Made by a program: the position numbers and the translations under genes. A DNA stretch of 64,000 nt, from positions 120,617 to 184,616 of the forward strand of contig JAZQKK010000014.1 of NCBI GenBank assembly GCA_045542115.1, written 5' to 3'. Below the pieces are notes generated by a model. It saw only the letters and a program-made list of their open reading frames with translations, searched no databases and was not told the DNA's origin. The stretch is from Eubacteriales bacterium. Its GTDB lineage: Bacteria > Bacillota > Clostridia > Oscillospirales > UBA644. Positions 8,778-18,032 of this stretch are shown piece by piece. Within the stretch, counting starts at the first letter, position 1, and the number at the start of each line of letters is the position of its first letter.

Positions 8778-9892
8778 CAACCTCCCGTCAGCAAAAGCAT
8801 TGCGGAAGACACCACCACAAGGGAACAGACGGCAAAACAGGTCATCATTGCAAAAGTATCCTTGATATCTGCGAAAAAATCCGTTAAAAGAGAACCACCC
8901 AAAGAGGTCCCAATGGAAGAAAGAAGAGAATACAAAAACACAAACAACAATCCGACAATACAGGGAGTTGCAAAAAGAACGCCCACGACAAGGACGCAAA
9001 TTACGCCTAATTTTCCGCAAATACTTCTTCCGCAAGCATAAACCGTTTCGATTCCGTCGGTTAAAGCGCCACCGGCAAAAGGCAACATTTGAACCAAAGC
9101 AAACCGCACCCCTTTTCGGGTCACGGTGTTTGCAGACGCCACGGCCGCCCGTTGAACACAAAACACCCCGACCGAAAGCCCCGATAATATTTCCACTCCC
9201 CGGATACAAAACTTTTTTACCGACGCGACCAAGGGTCGAAGGGAAACGGAACTTCGGTAAAATCCGCTGAGAGAGGCGGCGTAACAAAACCAACATAAGG
9301 GGTAATACAAAGCGGAAACGGCGGAGGATAACACGGTCAATACCACCGGCAACGTAGCAGAAACCACCGTCGCACCCTCCGGAGAACCGGACCAGACCTG
9401 AGAAGCACAAAGCACCGGAAGGGCCGCCGTTAAAAACGAGGCAGATTGCTGAGCAACTTCCGTAAGGGAAGATAGGAGCGTTTCTATCACAGAAAAAGAA
9501 TACACCCCATTGGCAATCACCGTCAGATAACCGATGGATTGAATCAATCCACCATTGGAGGGGCAAACGGCAGCCAAGACCCGGAATAAAATCAACAAGA
9601 GCAAACCGACACTTAACAACGGAAGATATTCCGTGAACACGGAAAAAAACAGGGAAAGTACCGTTTTGACCGTATGGGCAAGACCGGGAGCAGGAGCCTC
9701 GTCCGAAAGGTCGATTCCGTGCGATTCCAAAAAATCCAAACAGTCTTGGGGAATCGCGTCGAAAAACGCAGCATAGTCCACCGCTTGTTCCGTCTGCTCC
9801 AAAATGTCCGATGTTTCTTCTCCCAAAAAAGGCAGAGAAAACCAAGTCAGAAAGACCGGAATCAGCAAAATCAAAATCGACTTCTTTTTCAT
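8777..9892 (-). CDS. spoIIIAE: stage III sporulation protein AE
   Basis: 371 aa polytopic membrane protein with signal-like N-terminus, in the expected operon position. Confidence 0.85.
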   Translation of the reverse strand: MKKKSILILLIPVFLTWFSLPFLGEETSDILEQTEQAVDYAAFFDAIPQDCLDFLESHGIDLSDEAPAPGLAHTVKTVLSLFFSVFTEYLPLLSVGLLLLILFRVLAAVCPSNGGLIQSIGYLTVIANGVYSFSVIETLLSSLTEVAQQSASFLTAALPVLCASQVWSGSPEGATVVSATLPVVLTVLSSAVSALYYPLCWFCYAASLSGFYRSSVSLRPLVASVKKFCIRGVEILSGLSVGVFCVQRAAVASANTVTRKGVRFALVQMLPFAGGALTDGIETVYACGRSICGKLGVICVLVVGVLFATPCIVGLLFVFLYSLLSSIGTSLGGSLLTDFFADIKDTFAMMTCFAVCSLVVVSSAMLLLTGG

Positions 9893-9905
9893 AGAATTCT
9901 CCGGA

Positions 9906-10292
9906 TCAGAATTTTACTTCCATCATTTTTTGAGCAAGGTCAACAATCAAAGGAACCGCAAGAGAAACAATGGCAATCTGGCCGCAATACTCCACCGTCT
10001 CTCCCAAAGCCCGTTGGCCGTTATCGTTGCAAACTCCGGCGGCAAGGCGGGTCACAAGAACGATTCCCACCCCTCGAAGAATGAGGCCGATAGAATCGGA
10101 ATCCAACCCGGAACGCTGTCCTAAATCGGTTACGGCGGAAAGGACCGATCCCACCAAGGGAAGTACCGCAGAAAACAACAATACCATTCCCATCAACGGG
10201 AGCAGAGGAGCCATTTCGGGGGAATATCGCCGTAAAGCAAGACCGCCGAAGACTGCAACCAACGCCACACCGAACACCCAGACCGGATTCAC
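9906..10292 (-). CDS. spoIIIAD: stage III sporulation protein AD
   Basis: 128 aa, four TM segments. GVCNDNGQRALGETVEYCG is a conserved SpoIIIAD motif. Confidence 0.85.
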   Translation of the reverse strand: MNPVWVFGVALVAVFGGLALRRYSPEMAPLLPLMGMVLLFSAVLPLVGSVLSAVTDLGQRSGLDSDSIGLILRGVGIVLVTRLAAGVCNDNGQRALGETVEYCGQIAIVSLAVPLIVDLAQKMMEVKF

Positions 10293-10483
10293 AATCCAAA
10301 CACCGTCCGTATGGTTTCAAACAAAGAACCGATTTCATTCACGACCAGGGCAAGAACGAGAATCAGTCCCCCAATCGTTACCATTAACGCCTGTTCGGAG
10401 CGGTCGGATTTGGTCAGTATTAAATTCAAGACGGCCACCACCATTCCAACCGCAGCGATTTGAAATAAAATATCCGCATCCAT
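10289..10483 (-). CDS. spoIIIAC: stage III sporulation protein AC
   Basis: 64 aa, two TM segments. ILFQIAAVGMVVAVLNLILTKSDRSEQA is the typical SpoIIIAC sequence. Confidence 0.85.
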   Translation of the reverse strand: MDADILFQIAAVGMVVAVLNLILTKSDRSEQALMVTIGGLILVLALVVNEIGSLFETIRTVFGL

Positions 10484-10492
10484 AGGCGCTCC

Positions 10493-11020
10493 TTACAACA
10501 GCAACAATACCAGAACCGCTCCGGCACAACATCCTAACACAAGCGACGATTTTCCGTTTTTAGAAAGCGTCTGCAAAACCGTTTTATGGGCTTCCCGGAA
10601 CGACTCTTCCGCCAAAATCAGCAACCGTTCTTGCTCGTCACAATCTCCCTGCCCCAAGGAAAAAAACAAGTCGTCCATCGCTTTCCATTCCTCAGAAGTA
10701 AAAAACATCTCTCCGCGGCAAGCAGTCTTTGCCGATTGATACGACTCGGTCAAATCAAAGGGCGGCTCATAAGAAAAACGGCGAAACAGGGGCAGTTGCC
10801 GGGGAAAGGATTCCGATGCCAGAATCTGATGCAACGGAGCCTGCGAACAGCGAATTTCCCGGCGGAGATATCGAATGCCCCCCAATGCCTGTTCGATCTG
10901 ACGGCGACGGGCTAACAAATCAAGAACGTAAAGTCCGCCCCAGCCCCCGCAGAGAAGAAACACCAGCAACAGCATTATCCATTTCAACGCACAAATCTTC
11001 CCTTTCCGCAAATTTCGCAA
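10493..11020 (-). CDS. spoIIIAB: stage III sporulation protein AB
   Basis: Operon position, N-terminal TM and helical soluble domain. The start is probably the internal Met at 10975 (MLLLVFLL), which reduces the overlap with spoIIIAA. Confidence 0.7.
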   Translation of the reverse strand: MRNLRKGKICALKWIMLLLVFLLCGGWGGLYVLDLLARRRQIEQALGGIRYLRREIRCSQAPLHQILASESFPRQLPLFRRFSYEPPFDLTESYQSAKTACRGEMFFTSEEWKAMDDLFFSLGQGDCDEQERLLILAEESFREAHKTVLQTLSKNGKSSLVLGCCAGAVLVLLLL

Positions 11021-11864
11021 TTTTTCCCACCCGAGCGGGGTCTAAAAAGGCCACGAGGTCCATTCCCCCCTCCAAAAACAATTCCCGGACCGGGGGACGT
11101 TGAAACAATTCCGATACGGAATGGGCGTGGGCGGAAACGATGAGGGAAACTCCGCTTCGCAATCCGTCCATCATTGCCGAAACTTCTTCCCGCGTTCCGA
11201 TTTCATCACAAACGATAACCCGGGGAGAAAGGGTCCTTACACTCTGCAAAATTCCAACGGCTTTCGGATACGACCGCAAAACGTCACACCCCACGGGGAC
11301 GGGATGAGAAGGGGGAAACAACTCTTCCCGCTCGTCGATGACCGACACTGGGACTTGTTCCGACAAGCGTTTGGCAATCGACCGCAAAACGGTGGTTTTT
11401 CCACTGCAAGGAGGCCCAAGCAGCATCAGATTCCGGATGCGGTCTTGTTGCAAAATCTGGGCCAACACGCCCTCCGTTTCGGTGTCAAACTGCCGGGAGA
11501 TACGAAACGAAAGACCGTATACGTTTCGGATTCCTTCCACCGTTCCTTCCGCGCCCAACACCGCCGTTCCCATAATCCCGACCCGATGCCCTCCGGGCAA
11601 AGTAACAAATCCGGAGCGAATCTCGTTTCGGTGGCTATATGCGGAAGAGGCGCAAACCTTGCGAAAAGTGGTTTCAATATCCGATATGGTATGTACCGTT
11701 TGGGGATAAATTTGCCGCCCCGATGCGGAATACAAGAGCAAAGGACACTCCGCTTTTATTCGAATCTCCCGAAGTCCTTCCTGTTCTGCTTTCGACAGCA
11801 AAGATATGGAAGAAGACGCCTGCGGAGGCAAATAAGGTAAGATTTCGGACAATACGGAGTCCAT
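10920..11864 (-). CDS. spoIIIAA: stage III sporulation protein AA (secretion-type ATPase)
   Basis: 314 aa. Walker A LLGPPCSGKTT and Walker B VIVCDEIG. Confidence 0.85.
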   Translation of the reverse strand: MDSVLSEILPYLPPQASSSISLLSKAEQEGLREIRIKAECPLLLYSASGRQIYPQTVHTISDIETTFRKVCASSAYSHRNEIRSGFVTLPGGHRVGIMGTAVLGAEGTVEGIRNVYGLSFRISRQFDTETEGVLAQILQQDRIRNLMLLGPPCSGKTTVLRSIAKRLSEQVPVSVIDEREELFPPSHPVPVGCDVLRSYPKAVGILQSVRTLSPRVIVCDEIGTREEVSAMMDGLRSGVSLIVSAHAHSVSELFQRPPVRELFLEGGMDLVAFLDPARVGKIAKFAEREDLCVEMDNAVAGVSSLRGLGRTLRS

Positions 11865-11898
11865 ATTGATTCACGGCCTTTCTGTTTGGGTCTATTTC

Positions 11899-11906
11899 AG
11901 TGTATG
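11899..11906 (-). promoter_or_regulatory. candidate sigma-E -10 element (CATACACT) upstream of spoIIIAA
   Basis: Minus strand reads GCATACACT 35 nt upstream of the spoIIIAA ATG and matches the sigma-E -10 consensus CATACA-T. I could not find a convincing -35. Confidence 0.3.
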
Positions 11907-11925
11907 CGCCGCGGACAGGTTTAGA

Positions 11926-11958
11926 ACAAAAAAAGAAACCCGAAAATTCAGGTTTCTT
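11926..11958 (-). terminator. intrinsic terminator after spoVAE
   Basis: Minus strand: AAGAAACC-loop-GGTTTCTT hairpin followed by a T-run. Confidence 0.6.
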
Positions 11959-11965
11959 AAAATGA

Positions 11966-12319
11966 CTATTTCATTTTTGGCTTAAAAATCAGCGAGGCTA
12001 TCAGAGAAAATACGATTGCGGCGGCAATTCCCCCGGCGGTTGCCGTAAGTCCTCCGGTGAGAATCCCCAAAAAACCTTTTTCCCGAATGGCGGTGCGAAT
12101 TCCTTCCGCCAGCAAGTGCCCAAACCCCGTCAACGGAACCGATGCCCCCGAATGAGCAACTTCCAATAAAGGTTGATATAACCCCACGGCAGACAGAACG
12201 ACACCGGCGACCACGTATCCCACCAAAATCCGTGCCGGTGTCAACCGGGTACGTTCGATCAATACCTGTCCGACGACACAAAAAAGACCGCCTATCACAA
12301 ACGACATCACGTAATTCAT
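11966..12319 (-). CDS. spoVAE: stage V sporulation protein AE (SpoVAEB-type)
   Basis: 117 aa membrane protein. GASVPLTGFGHLLAEG motif. Confidence 0.85.
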   Translation of the reverse strand: MNYVMSFVIGGLFCVVGQVLIERTRLTPARILVGYVVAGVVLSAVGLYQPLLEVAHSGASVPLTGFGHLLAEGIRTAIREKGFLGILTGGLTATAGGIAAAIVFSLIASLIFKPKMK

Positions 12320-12328
12320 AGTAACACC

Positions 12329-13342
12329 TCACCGTGCCGAAAGTTCTATCAGATGAGCAATTCCGGGAACCGATTCCCCTTGCATAATACTGGTAGGACT
12401 CATCAGTGCCCCCGTTCCCATCACAAGAACCCGGTTCCATTTTCCCCGACGCATTTCCGGAAGCACGTATCCGCACAACACCGACGCCACGCAACCGCAT
12501 CCCGAACCGCCGGAATGGACATCCTGTGTCTTGGGGTCAAAAATCATACAACCGCAATCCCGATACCGTTCCGTCAGAATAATTCCGTCTTGTTTAAGCA
12601 ATTCTCCCAAAAGCCTTGCCCCGATGTGCCCCAAATCTCCGGAAAGAATCAAATCGTAGTCTTCGGGAGACGTATGCGTATCGTCCAAAAACCGCTTTAA
12701 CGTCAATGCCGCCGCAGGAGCCATCGCAGCCCCCATATTGGCCATATCGGTAATATTCATATCAATAATCGCGCCGGGACAGACCCGAGAGATTTTGACC
12801 CCTTCTCCGGACGCAGCCACCACCGCACACCCGGAACCGGTCACGGTCCATTGGGCAGACTGAGGGCGAAATCCACCGTATTCCAAAGGGAACCGGTACT
12901 GTCGCTCCGAAGAACAAAAGTGGGAACTGGTCACAGCGGCGCATTGGTCGGCAAATCCTCCGTCAATGGCAAGGGAGGATAGAATCAGCCCTTCCACCAT
13001 TGTTGAACACGCTCCGTACAGGCCAAAAAACTGTACCCCGCTATCACGAAGGCTATAATTAGAACCAATACATTGATTGAGAAGGTCACCCGCGAACACA
13101 AAGTCAAGATCTTTTTCCAATATTTTTGCTTCTTGAAAAGCATATTTCATCGCCTCTTTCTGCAAAAAGCTTTCCGCTTTTTCAAAACTGCTTTCCCCAC
13201 AATATTCATCTTCCTGCCAATGGTCGAAATACTGCCCCAAGGGACCTTCTTTTTCTTTTCGTCCCACCATCGCGGCGGAAGAAAGGATCACCGGAGGGTG
13301 TTCCAAACGGTAGGTTCCGCTTCCCATTTTTTTTCGGCTCAT
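12329..13342 (-). CDS. spoVAD: stage V sporulation protein AD (thiolase-like fold)
   Basis: 337 aa. GDLLNQCIGSNY and GLYGACST are typical SpoVAD motifs. Confidence 0.9.
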   Translation of the reverse strand: MSRKKMGSGTYRLEHPPVILSSAAMVGRKEKEGPLGQYFDHWQEDEYCGESSFEKAESFLQKEAMKYAFQEAKILEKDLDFVFAGDLLNQCIGSNYSLRDSGVQFFGLYGACSTMVEGLILSSLAIDGGFADQCAAVTSSHFCSSERQYRFPLEYGGFRPQSAQWTVTGSGCAVVAASGEGVKISRVCPGAIIDMNITDMANMGAAMAPAAALTLKRFLDDTHTSPEDYDLILSGDLGHIGARLLGELLKQDGIILTERYRDCGCMIFDPKTQDVHSGGSGCGCVASVLCGYVLPEMRRGKWNRVLVMGTGALMSPTSIMQGESVPGIAHLIELSAR

Positions 13343-13788
13343 CCTACCACCCCCATCTGGTAAAGAATATAATAAATCAATCCATACAAAGAAGATGAGG
13401 CAACCCCATAGGCGATCACCGACCCGGCAACCGAGAAGATCTTCGGACCGATCCCCAACACCATCCCCTCTACCCGGAACTCAATCACGGGAGAAGACGT
13501 TGCGTTGGCAAATCCGGTGATAGGAACCAGCGTTCCGGCACCGCCCACCCGGGAAAGTTTATCGTAGACACCGATTCCGGTGAGAAGAATACTGAAAAAT
13601 ATCAACGTTACCGATTCCAAGGTAGAAGCAGACGTCTCGTCCAATCCGCAAGCCAAATAGATCTCCTGAAAAACTTCTCCCAAAAGACAGATGGTCCCAC
13701 CAAACAGAAACGCTCCTAAACAGCCTTTCCACAAGGGTTTTTTCGGGGTATGTTTCCATACAAGTTGCTGATAATCCTCTGCTCGCAT
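13339..13788 (-). CDS. spoVAC: stage V sporulation protein AC
   Basis: Start moved to MRAEDYQQLV (ATG 13788) behind an AGGAGGG SD. VPITGFANATSSPVIEF motif. Confidence 0.85.
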   Translation of the reverse strand: MRAEDYQQLVWKHTPKKPLWKGCLGAFLFGGTICLLGEVFQEIYLACGLDETSASTLESVTLIFFSILLTGIGVYDKLSRVGGAGTLVPITGFANATSSPVIEFRVEGMVLGIGPKIFSVAGSVIAYGVASSSLYGLIYYILYQMGVVG

Positions 13789-13812
13789 AACAAACCCTCC
13801 TTTTTTTGAAAT

Positions 13813-13842
13813 TAGTTTTTCCGTGGGGCAAAAAAATATGCA
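13813..13842 (-). promoter_or_regulatory. candidate forespore (sigma-F/G-type) promoter for spoVAC-AD-AE
   Basis: Minus strand reads TGCATA-14 nt-GGAAAAACTA, resembling GCATA-15-GGnnAnAnTA. Bacillus spoVA is sigma-G dependent. Confidence 0.4.
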
Positions 13843-13873
13843 AAAAAATATCCGCCGTTCCATCGGCGGATAT
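13842..13873 (-). terminator. intrinsic terminator after the PH-domain membrane protein gene
   Basis: ATATCCGCC-loop-GGCGGATAT hairpin followed by T7 on the minus strand. Confidence 0.65.
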
Positions 13874-13884
13874 TTGAATATTTC

Positions 13885-14391
13885 TTATTTTTGAAGATTT
13901 CCGATCGCCTCAAACCAAGCAAGGGCATCGGACACGGTAAACACTTCCGAAGAAGCATCCCCGGCGGTTACGGTAATCTGATTGTGCTTCGGGTCCGTTA
14001 TTTGCACCGAAGAAATTTCCTCCGCAGACAAGCGACGCAATTCCTTTTCTTGATTATAAAAAGACAAGGATTGTGAGGTCAAAAACAGCCAGCCGCGGAC
14101 CCAACGGTCGGACACCAGCCGCTTTGCCCCGTCTTCCAGGAGAATCTCCCCTTCCAACGCCAACTGTTTTCGATAGGGGTCGTAGGTTTTCGCCCGAATT
14201 CCTTCCACAAGAAAGAGAACGCCGGTAATTACGATTCCGGAAACAACTGCACAAATGGCGGAAACCAACAAAATTTTCAACGTTTGGGGCAACACCGAAT
14301 CCGGAGGCGTATTGAGAAGAAACAAAAACATCCCCACCATAGCTCCATAGGTAAATCCCGAAGAAATCGTTTTCAAAACGCGTTTTTTCAC
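13885..14391 (-). CDS. membrane protein with C-terminal bacterial PH/GRAM-like domain
   Basis: 168 aa. Two N-terminal TM helices, then WLFLTSQSLSFYNQE...ITDPKHNQITV, which resembles bPH/GRAM domains. Confidence 0.4.
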   Translation of the reverse strand: MKKRVLKTISSGFTYGAMVGMFLFLLNTPPDSVLPQTLKILLVSAICAVVSGIVITGVLFLVEGIRAKTYDPYRKQLALEGEILLEDGAKRLVSDRWVRGWLFLTSQSLSFYNQEKELRRLSAEEISSVQITDPKHNQITVTAGDASSEVFTVSDALAWFEAIGNLQK

Positions 14392-14408
14392 AGTAATTCA
14401 CCTCAACA

Positions 14409-15488
14409 TCAAAGAAGGAGTAATTCTTTGGGGCTTGCAGTAATGTTCCGACATCCGTCTTCCAAAACCACGACCAAATCTTCGATACGAACCCCGCAAT
14501 CGTCTGCAAGATAGATTCCGGGTTCCACGCTCATCACCGAATAAGCGGGAATAATACCTTCGGAGCGGGGAGAGAAATTCGGTGCTTCGTGAATCATCAG
14601 ACCGACCCCGTGCCCCAAAGAATGGCCGAACGCGTCTCCATACCCCTTTTCGGCAATAACGTCCCGGGCAAGGGCATCAATTTCCTTACCGGTCATCCCG
14701 GCTTTCAGATGGTCCAGAGCGTTCTTCTGGGCAGAAAGAACGGTATCGTAAATCTCCCTCTGGCGGTCAGAAATCTGTCCAACCGCCACGGTACGGGTCA
14801 TATCAGAACAGTATCCGTCGTAGATCGAGCCAAAATCCATTGTAATCATATCACCGCTGCGAACGATACGGGAAGAGGGCACGGCGTGAGGCTTCGAGCC
14901 GTTTTCCCCGGAAGCAACGATGGTGTCAAACGAAGGATTAGCGGCTCCGGCACACTTCATCGCATAATCAATTTCCGTAGCGATGCGTTGCTCGGTCAAA
15001 TCACCCTTTTTCCAATTTGCCGCAATGAAATCGCAGATATGGGCAAAGGCCTTGTCGGTAAAGGATTGGGCGATAACGATCTTTTCAATCTCCCCTTCCG
15101 ATTTGACCATCCGAAGGTCCGAGAGAACTTTTTCGTCCCCAATCAGTTCAAAGCGGTCGGACAACGCATCCGACAACCCCCGAAATTCCCGATAGGTCAA
15201 AAACTCATCTTCAAAATAAACAGTCTTAACACTCTGGGGAAGAGCGTCTGATAGGGTGGCAGAAAAAGATTTTTCCAACAATTCCACGGCGTACCCGGGA
15301 CGGATATCGTTACGAGCCATCGTAATATAGCGGAAATCCGTGTAAAAAATCTGTTTTTCCTCACACACCAGCACCATACCGTTCGACGAGGTAATTCCCG
15401 TCAGATAACGGCGGTTTTCCGGGCGAAAAGATACGTAGGCAGAACCTTCGGGAAGTTTTGCGAGTAATTTTTGAGCAAATTCGTTCAT
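14409..15488 (-). CDS. pepP: M24-family Xaa-Pro aminopeptidase
   Basis: 359 aa. Creatinase-like N-domain plus pita-bread domain with HSLGHGVGLMIHEAP and SVEPGIY metal-ligand motifs. Confidence 0.85.
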   Translation of the reverse strand: MNEFAQKLLAKLPEGSAYVSFRPENRRYLTGITSSNGMVLVCEEKQIFYTDFRYITMARNDIRPGYAVELLEKSFSATLSDALPQSVKTVYFEDEFLTYREFRGLSDALSDRFELIGDEKVLSDLRMVKSEGEIEKIVIAQSFTDKAFAHICDFIAANWKKGDLTEQRIATEIDYAMKCAGAANPSFDTIVASGENGSKPHAVPSSRIVRSGDMITMDFGSIYDGYCSDMTRTVAVGQISDRQREIYDTVLSAQKNALDHLKAGMTGKEIDALARDVIAEKGYGDAFGHSLGHGVGLMIHEAPNFSPRSEGIIPAYSVMSVEPGIYLADDCGVRIEDLVVVLEDGCRNITASPKELLLL

Positions 15489-15489
15489 A

Positions 15490-16344
15490 TTACGCCTCCA
15501 ATGCGGAAAGATACATTGTTTTCATTGCAAGAGAATCCACGTCCATCGTTCCGTCGGATTCGCAGATAATGTGAGCATCCGACTTCTTTTGAACCAACAG
15601 GTCGGCCAAGGGCTCAAAATCCGGCCCAAACACCGTATCTTCAAAGGTAAGATGTTTCTTCTCTCCCCCGGCGGTATATTCGATTTTAGAGAAATGGACG
15701 TGCATTTTACGAGCACGTTCTTCCCCCAAAACGGATTCTATCCGGTCCAGAACCGCAAAATAATCTTCCCGGGTACAAACGCCGCCCCGGGTACGGGCGT
15801 TCAAATGGCCGAAATCCACCGTGGGAAGGAAGGATTCGTGGACCAAGCAGAGTTGTAAAACTTCGTCTAACGTTCCCAACTGATTGATTTTTCCCATCGT
15901 TTCCGGGCAGATACGGATATGTTCCAACCCTTCACTTTTCAAGGCATCCGCGGCACGAGACAAGGTCTGCTTTGCCAGGGAAAGGGCTTCTTCCCGGGAA
16001 ATTTTAGCACAACTACCACTGTGAACCACGATGCGTTCCGCGCCCATCCAATCTGCGGCACGGGCGGTTTTTAAAATATAACCGATACTGTTATCCCGCT
16101 TTTCCGGTTCCACGGAAGACAGCGAGATAAAATACGGAGCGTGGACCGACAATATCTTCCCCTTTTCTCGAAAAGCGTCTCCCAATTTCCGGGCAGTCGC
16201 TTCGCCCACGGTGACTCCGTTTCCGCATTGATATTCAAACAGGTCCAATCCCATTTCATCCAAAAATTCCGGCAATTGCAGAGATTTTTTATACCCGCGG
16301 TCAAAAAAACCTTGGGGCGTTCCGGCAGGTCCGAACAAAACCAT
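15490..16344 (-). CDS. endonuclease IV-like TIM-barrel (xylose isomerase-like fold) protein
   Basis: Start moved to MVLFGPAG (ATG 16344) behind AAAGGAG. HAPYFISL, VVHSGS, CPETMGK and DFGHLNAR motifs resemble Nfo metal sites. Confidence 0.6.
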   Translation of the reverse strand: MVLFGPAGTPQGFFDRGYKKSLQLPEFLDEMGLDLFEYQCGNGVTVGEATARKLGDAFREKGKILSVHAPYFISLSSVEPEKRDNSIGYILKTARAADWMGAERIVVHSGSCAKISREEALSLAKQTLSRAADALKSEGLEHIRICPETMGKINQLGTLDEVLQLCLVHESFLPTVDFGHLNARTRGGVCTREDYFAVLDRIESVLGEERARKMHVHFSKIEYTAGGEKKHLTFEDTVFGPDFEPLADLLVQKKSDAHIICESDGTMDVDSLAMKTMYLSALEA

Positions 16345-16361
16345 AATAAATGCTCCTTTTC

Positions 16362-17705
16362 TTAGCAGGGAAACAATTTTTGGCAAGTCTCTTCCAAAAT
16401 TCCCAAATCCCACAACAAGCGGGTGATGGAATACTTATCCCGGATATCCTTAGAGACGATAGAAGCATCGTATACTTCCTTAGGAGAAAATCCGATCTCT
16501 TCCGCACTCAAAGGGAAGCCGGCAGCCTTCAACGTGGCATAAACCTCGTCATACGTGGGCATTGCATTGATAATATCCATAATCTTATCGTAATTAGCTA
16601 AAATATTCTCCAAACGGGCCGTGTGCTTCGCGGGGTCGTATTTTCCTTCTTTTTCTTCATTCAGAATCATACTGTCCGAGCTCTTGCCCAAAACGGAAAT
16701 CAAATACTTCTTATATTCTTCGTAATCAAAAGCCCGGACGTACGCCAACGCTTTTTCTTTATTGGGAACGACGGATTTAATATAATCAAAAATTTTCAGC
16801 GAAAGCAACGTTGCAACACCGCACTGAATTCCGTGCAAATCGGAAGGTGCATCGAATTCCAGAGCACGCATATCCCAAATGTGAGAGAAATAGTGTTCGA
16901 TGCCCGATACGGGGCGGGAAATTCCGGCATAATTAGCGGCAATGCCAGCCAAGACCAACCCTTCCATTATCGCACGAACCGCCTCAGGGTCCCGTTTCAT
17001 AATACCGTCAGCGTTGTCGGCACACTTTTTCAAAGCGGCAGAAACCATATCCGCCACCATCGGGCAATAGTATTCTCCGTTGATAACCTTAGACAACTGC
17101 CACTCCCCGATACTGACGTATTTTGCCGCCATATCACCGATCCCGGCCTGAATCATCCGCAGGGGCGCGGCGGAGAGCACGTCCAAGTCCCCAACCACCA
17201 CTTCGGGACACTTACTGTTCAGAGAGACCTTCAAGCCGTCCCGAATCATCGAAGAGGTGTCGGAAGAATAACCGTCCATCGAAGGAGCCGTGCCGACAAT
17301 CATATAGGGCTTGTTTGCCACGCTTGCAACGATTTTGCCGATATCGTTCAAACAGCCGATCCCCACCGTAATAATCATATCGCAAGTGGAGTCAAAATGC
17401 ATTATCGCAGACCCAACGGAGCGTTCATCGGGTTCAAACCGTTTTCCGGGAAACTGATATTGACTGTAAGAAATTCCGGCCTTGTCCAAAATGGACAAAA
17501 CCTTCTCCCCTGCGGCTATGTAGGTATTTTCATCAAAATATACGAACACTTTTTTTGCACCGTATTTTGAAATCAACTGAGGAATTTTTTCCAAAGCTCC
17601 AAAGTCAATCAACACATCTTTCACTTTCGCAAAGTGTTCTTTTCCGCATTCACAGGAAAATCCGTCCTTTGCAAGCAATGCTTCAATACTTGTTTCAACT
17701 GCCAT
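16362..17705 (-). CDS. sn-glycerol-1-phosphate dehydrogenase-like (AraM/EgsA, iron-ADH superfamily) protein
   Basis: Start moved to MAVETS (ATG 17705) behind AAGGAG. GIGCLNDIGK, APSMDGY and HYFSH motifs of the G1PDH/glycerol dehydrogenase family, plus a C-terminal extension of about 100 aa. Confidence 0.6.
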   Translation of the reverse strand: MAVETSIEALLAKDGFSCECGKEHFAKVKDVLIDFGALEKIPQLISKYGAKKVFVYFDENTYIAAGEKVLSILDKAGISYSQYQFPGKRFEPDERSVGSAIMHFDSTCDMIITVGIGCLNDIGKIVASVANKPYMIVGTAPSMDGYSSDTSSMIRDGLKVSLNSKCPEVVVGDLDVLSAAPLRMIQAGIGDMAAKYVSIGEWQLSKVINGEYYCPMVADMVSAALKKCADNADGIMKRDPEAVRAIMEGLVLAGIAANYAGISRPVSGIEHYFSHIWDMRALEFDAPSDLHGIQCGVATLLSLKIFDYIKSVVPNKEKALAYVRAFDYEEYKKYLISVLGKSSDSMILNEEKEGKYDPAKHTARLENILANYDKIMDIINAMPTYDEVYATLKAAGFPLSAEEIGFSPKEVYDASIVSKDIRDKYSITRLLWDLGILEETCQKLFPC

Positions 17706-17782
17706 CGATCCATACTCCTTTGAAATGTCCATAATATACCATATAATTATAGCACACTTTTTTTGGAATGTCAAACGATTTT

Positions 17783-17818
17783 ATAAAAAAAACGACGTGT
17801 CGAACACGTCGTTTTTTT
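17783..17818. terminator. bidirectional hairpin terminator (A8-ACGACGTGT-cga-ACACGTCGT-T7)
   Basis: Perfect 9-bp stem flanked by A- and T-runs. On the minus strand it follows tRNA-Gln. Confidence 0.75.
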
Positions 17819-17893
17819 GGCAGGGATAGCAGGACTCGAACCTACGAATGCCAGAGTCAAAGTCTGGTGCCTTACCGACTTGGCTATATCCCT
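17818..17893 (-). tRNA. tRNA-Gln (anticodon UUG), CCA encoded
   Basis: Minus strand: AGGGATATAGCCAAGTCGGTAAGGCACCAGACTTTGACTCTGGCATTCGTAGGTTCGAGTCCTGCTATCCCTGCCA. Cloverleaf with 7-bp acceptor stem, anticodon loop CUUUGAC and GTTCGAGTC T-loop. Confidence 0.92.
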
Positions 17894-17907
17894 AAACATA
17901 CCCGTAT

Positions 17908-17937
17908 ATTATAGCACGGATTGATGCGGATTGTCAA
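17908..17937 (-). promoter_or_regulatory. sigma-A promoter for tRNA-Gln
   Basis: Minus strand reads TTGACA-18 nt-TATAAT with TGc extended -10. The tRNA 5' end lies about 15 nt downstream. Confidence 0.7.
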
Positions 17938-18032
17938 GGGGGTTTACAAAAAGTTTTAAAAACAAAAAGGCGTTTTTTGGAATGACTGTGAAATTTATTT
18001 TGGGGGAAAATAGTTTTGCGAGGTGAAAAGCA

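Noticed and set aside
8778-9845. N-terminal 356 codons of the 495-aa minus-strand ORF (8358-9845), overlapping spoIIIAE in another frame.
   Set aside because: Only the last 139 codons (from MTLQSLL) look like a real protein (SpoIIIAF). The upstream part is Arg/Cys/Gly/Phe-rich nonsense, and spoIIIAE occupies that DNA in a different frame.
10920-11020. A 101-nt overlap between spoIIIAA and spoIIIAB, considered as a possible frameshift or fusion.
   Set aside because: It is explained by an over-long ORF call. Starting spoIIIAB at Met 10975 gives the expected N-terminal TM helix. No disruption of either frame is visible.
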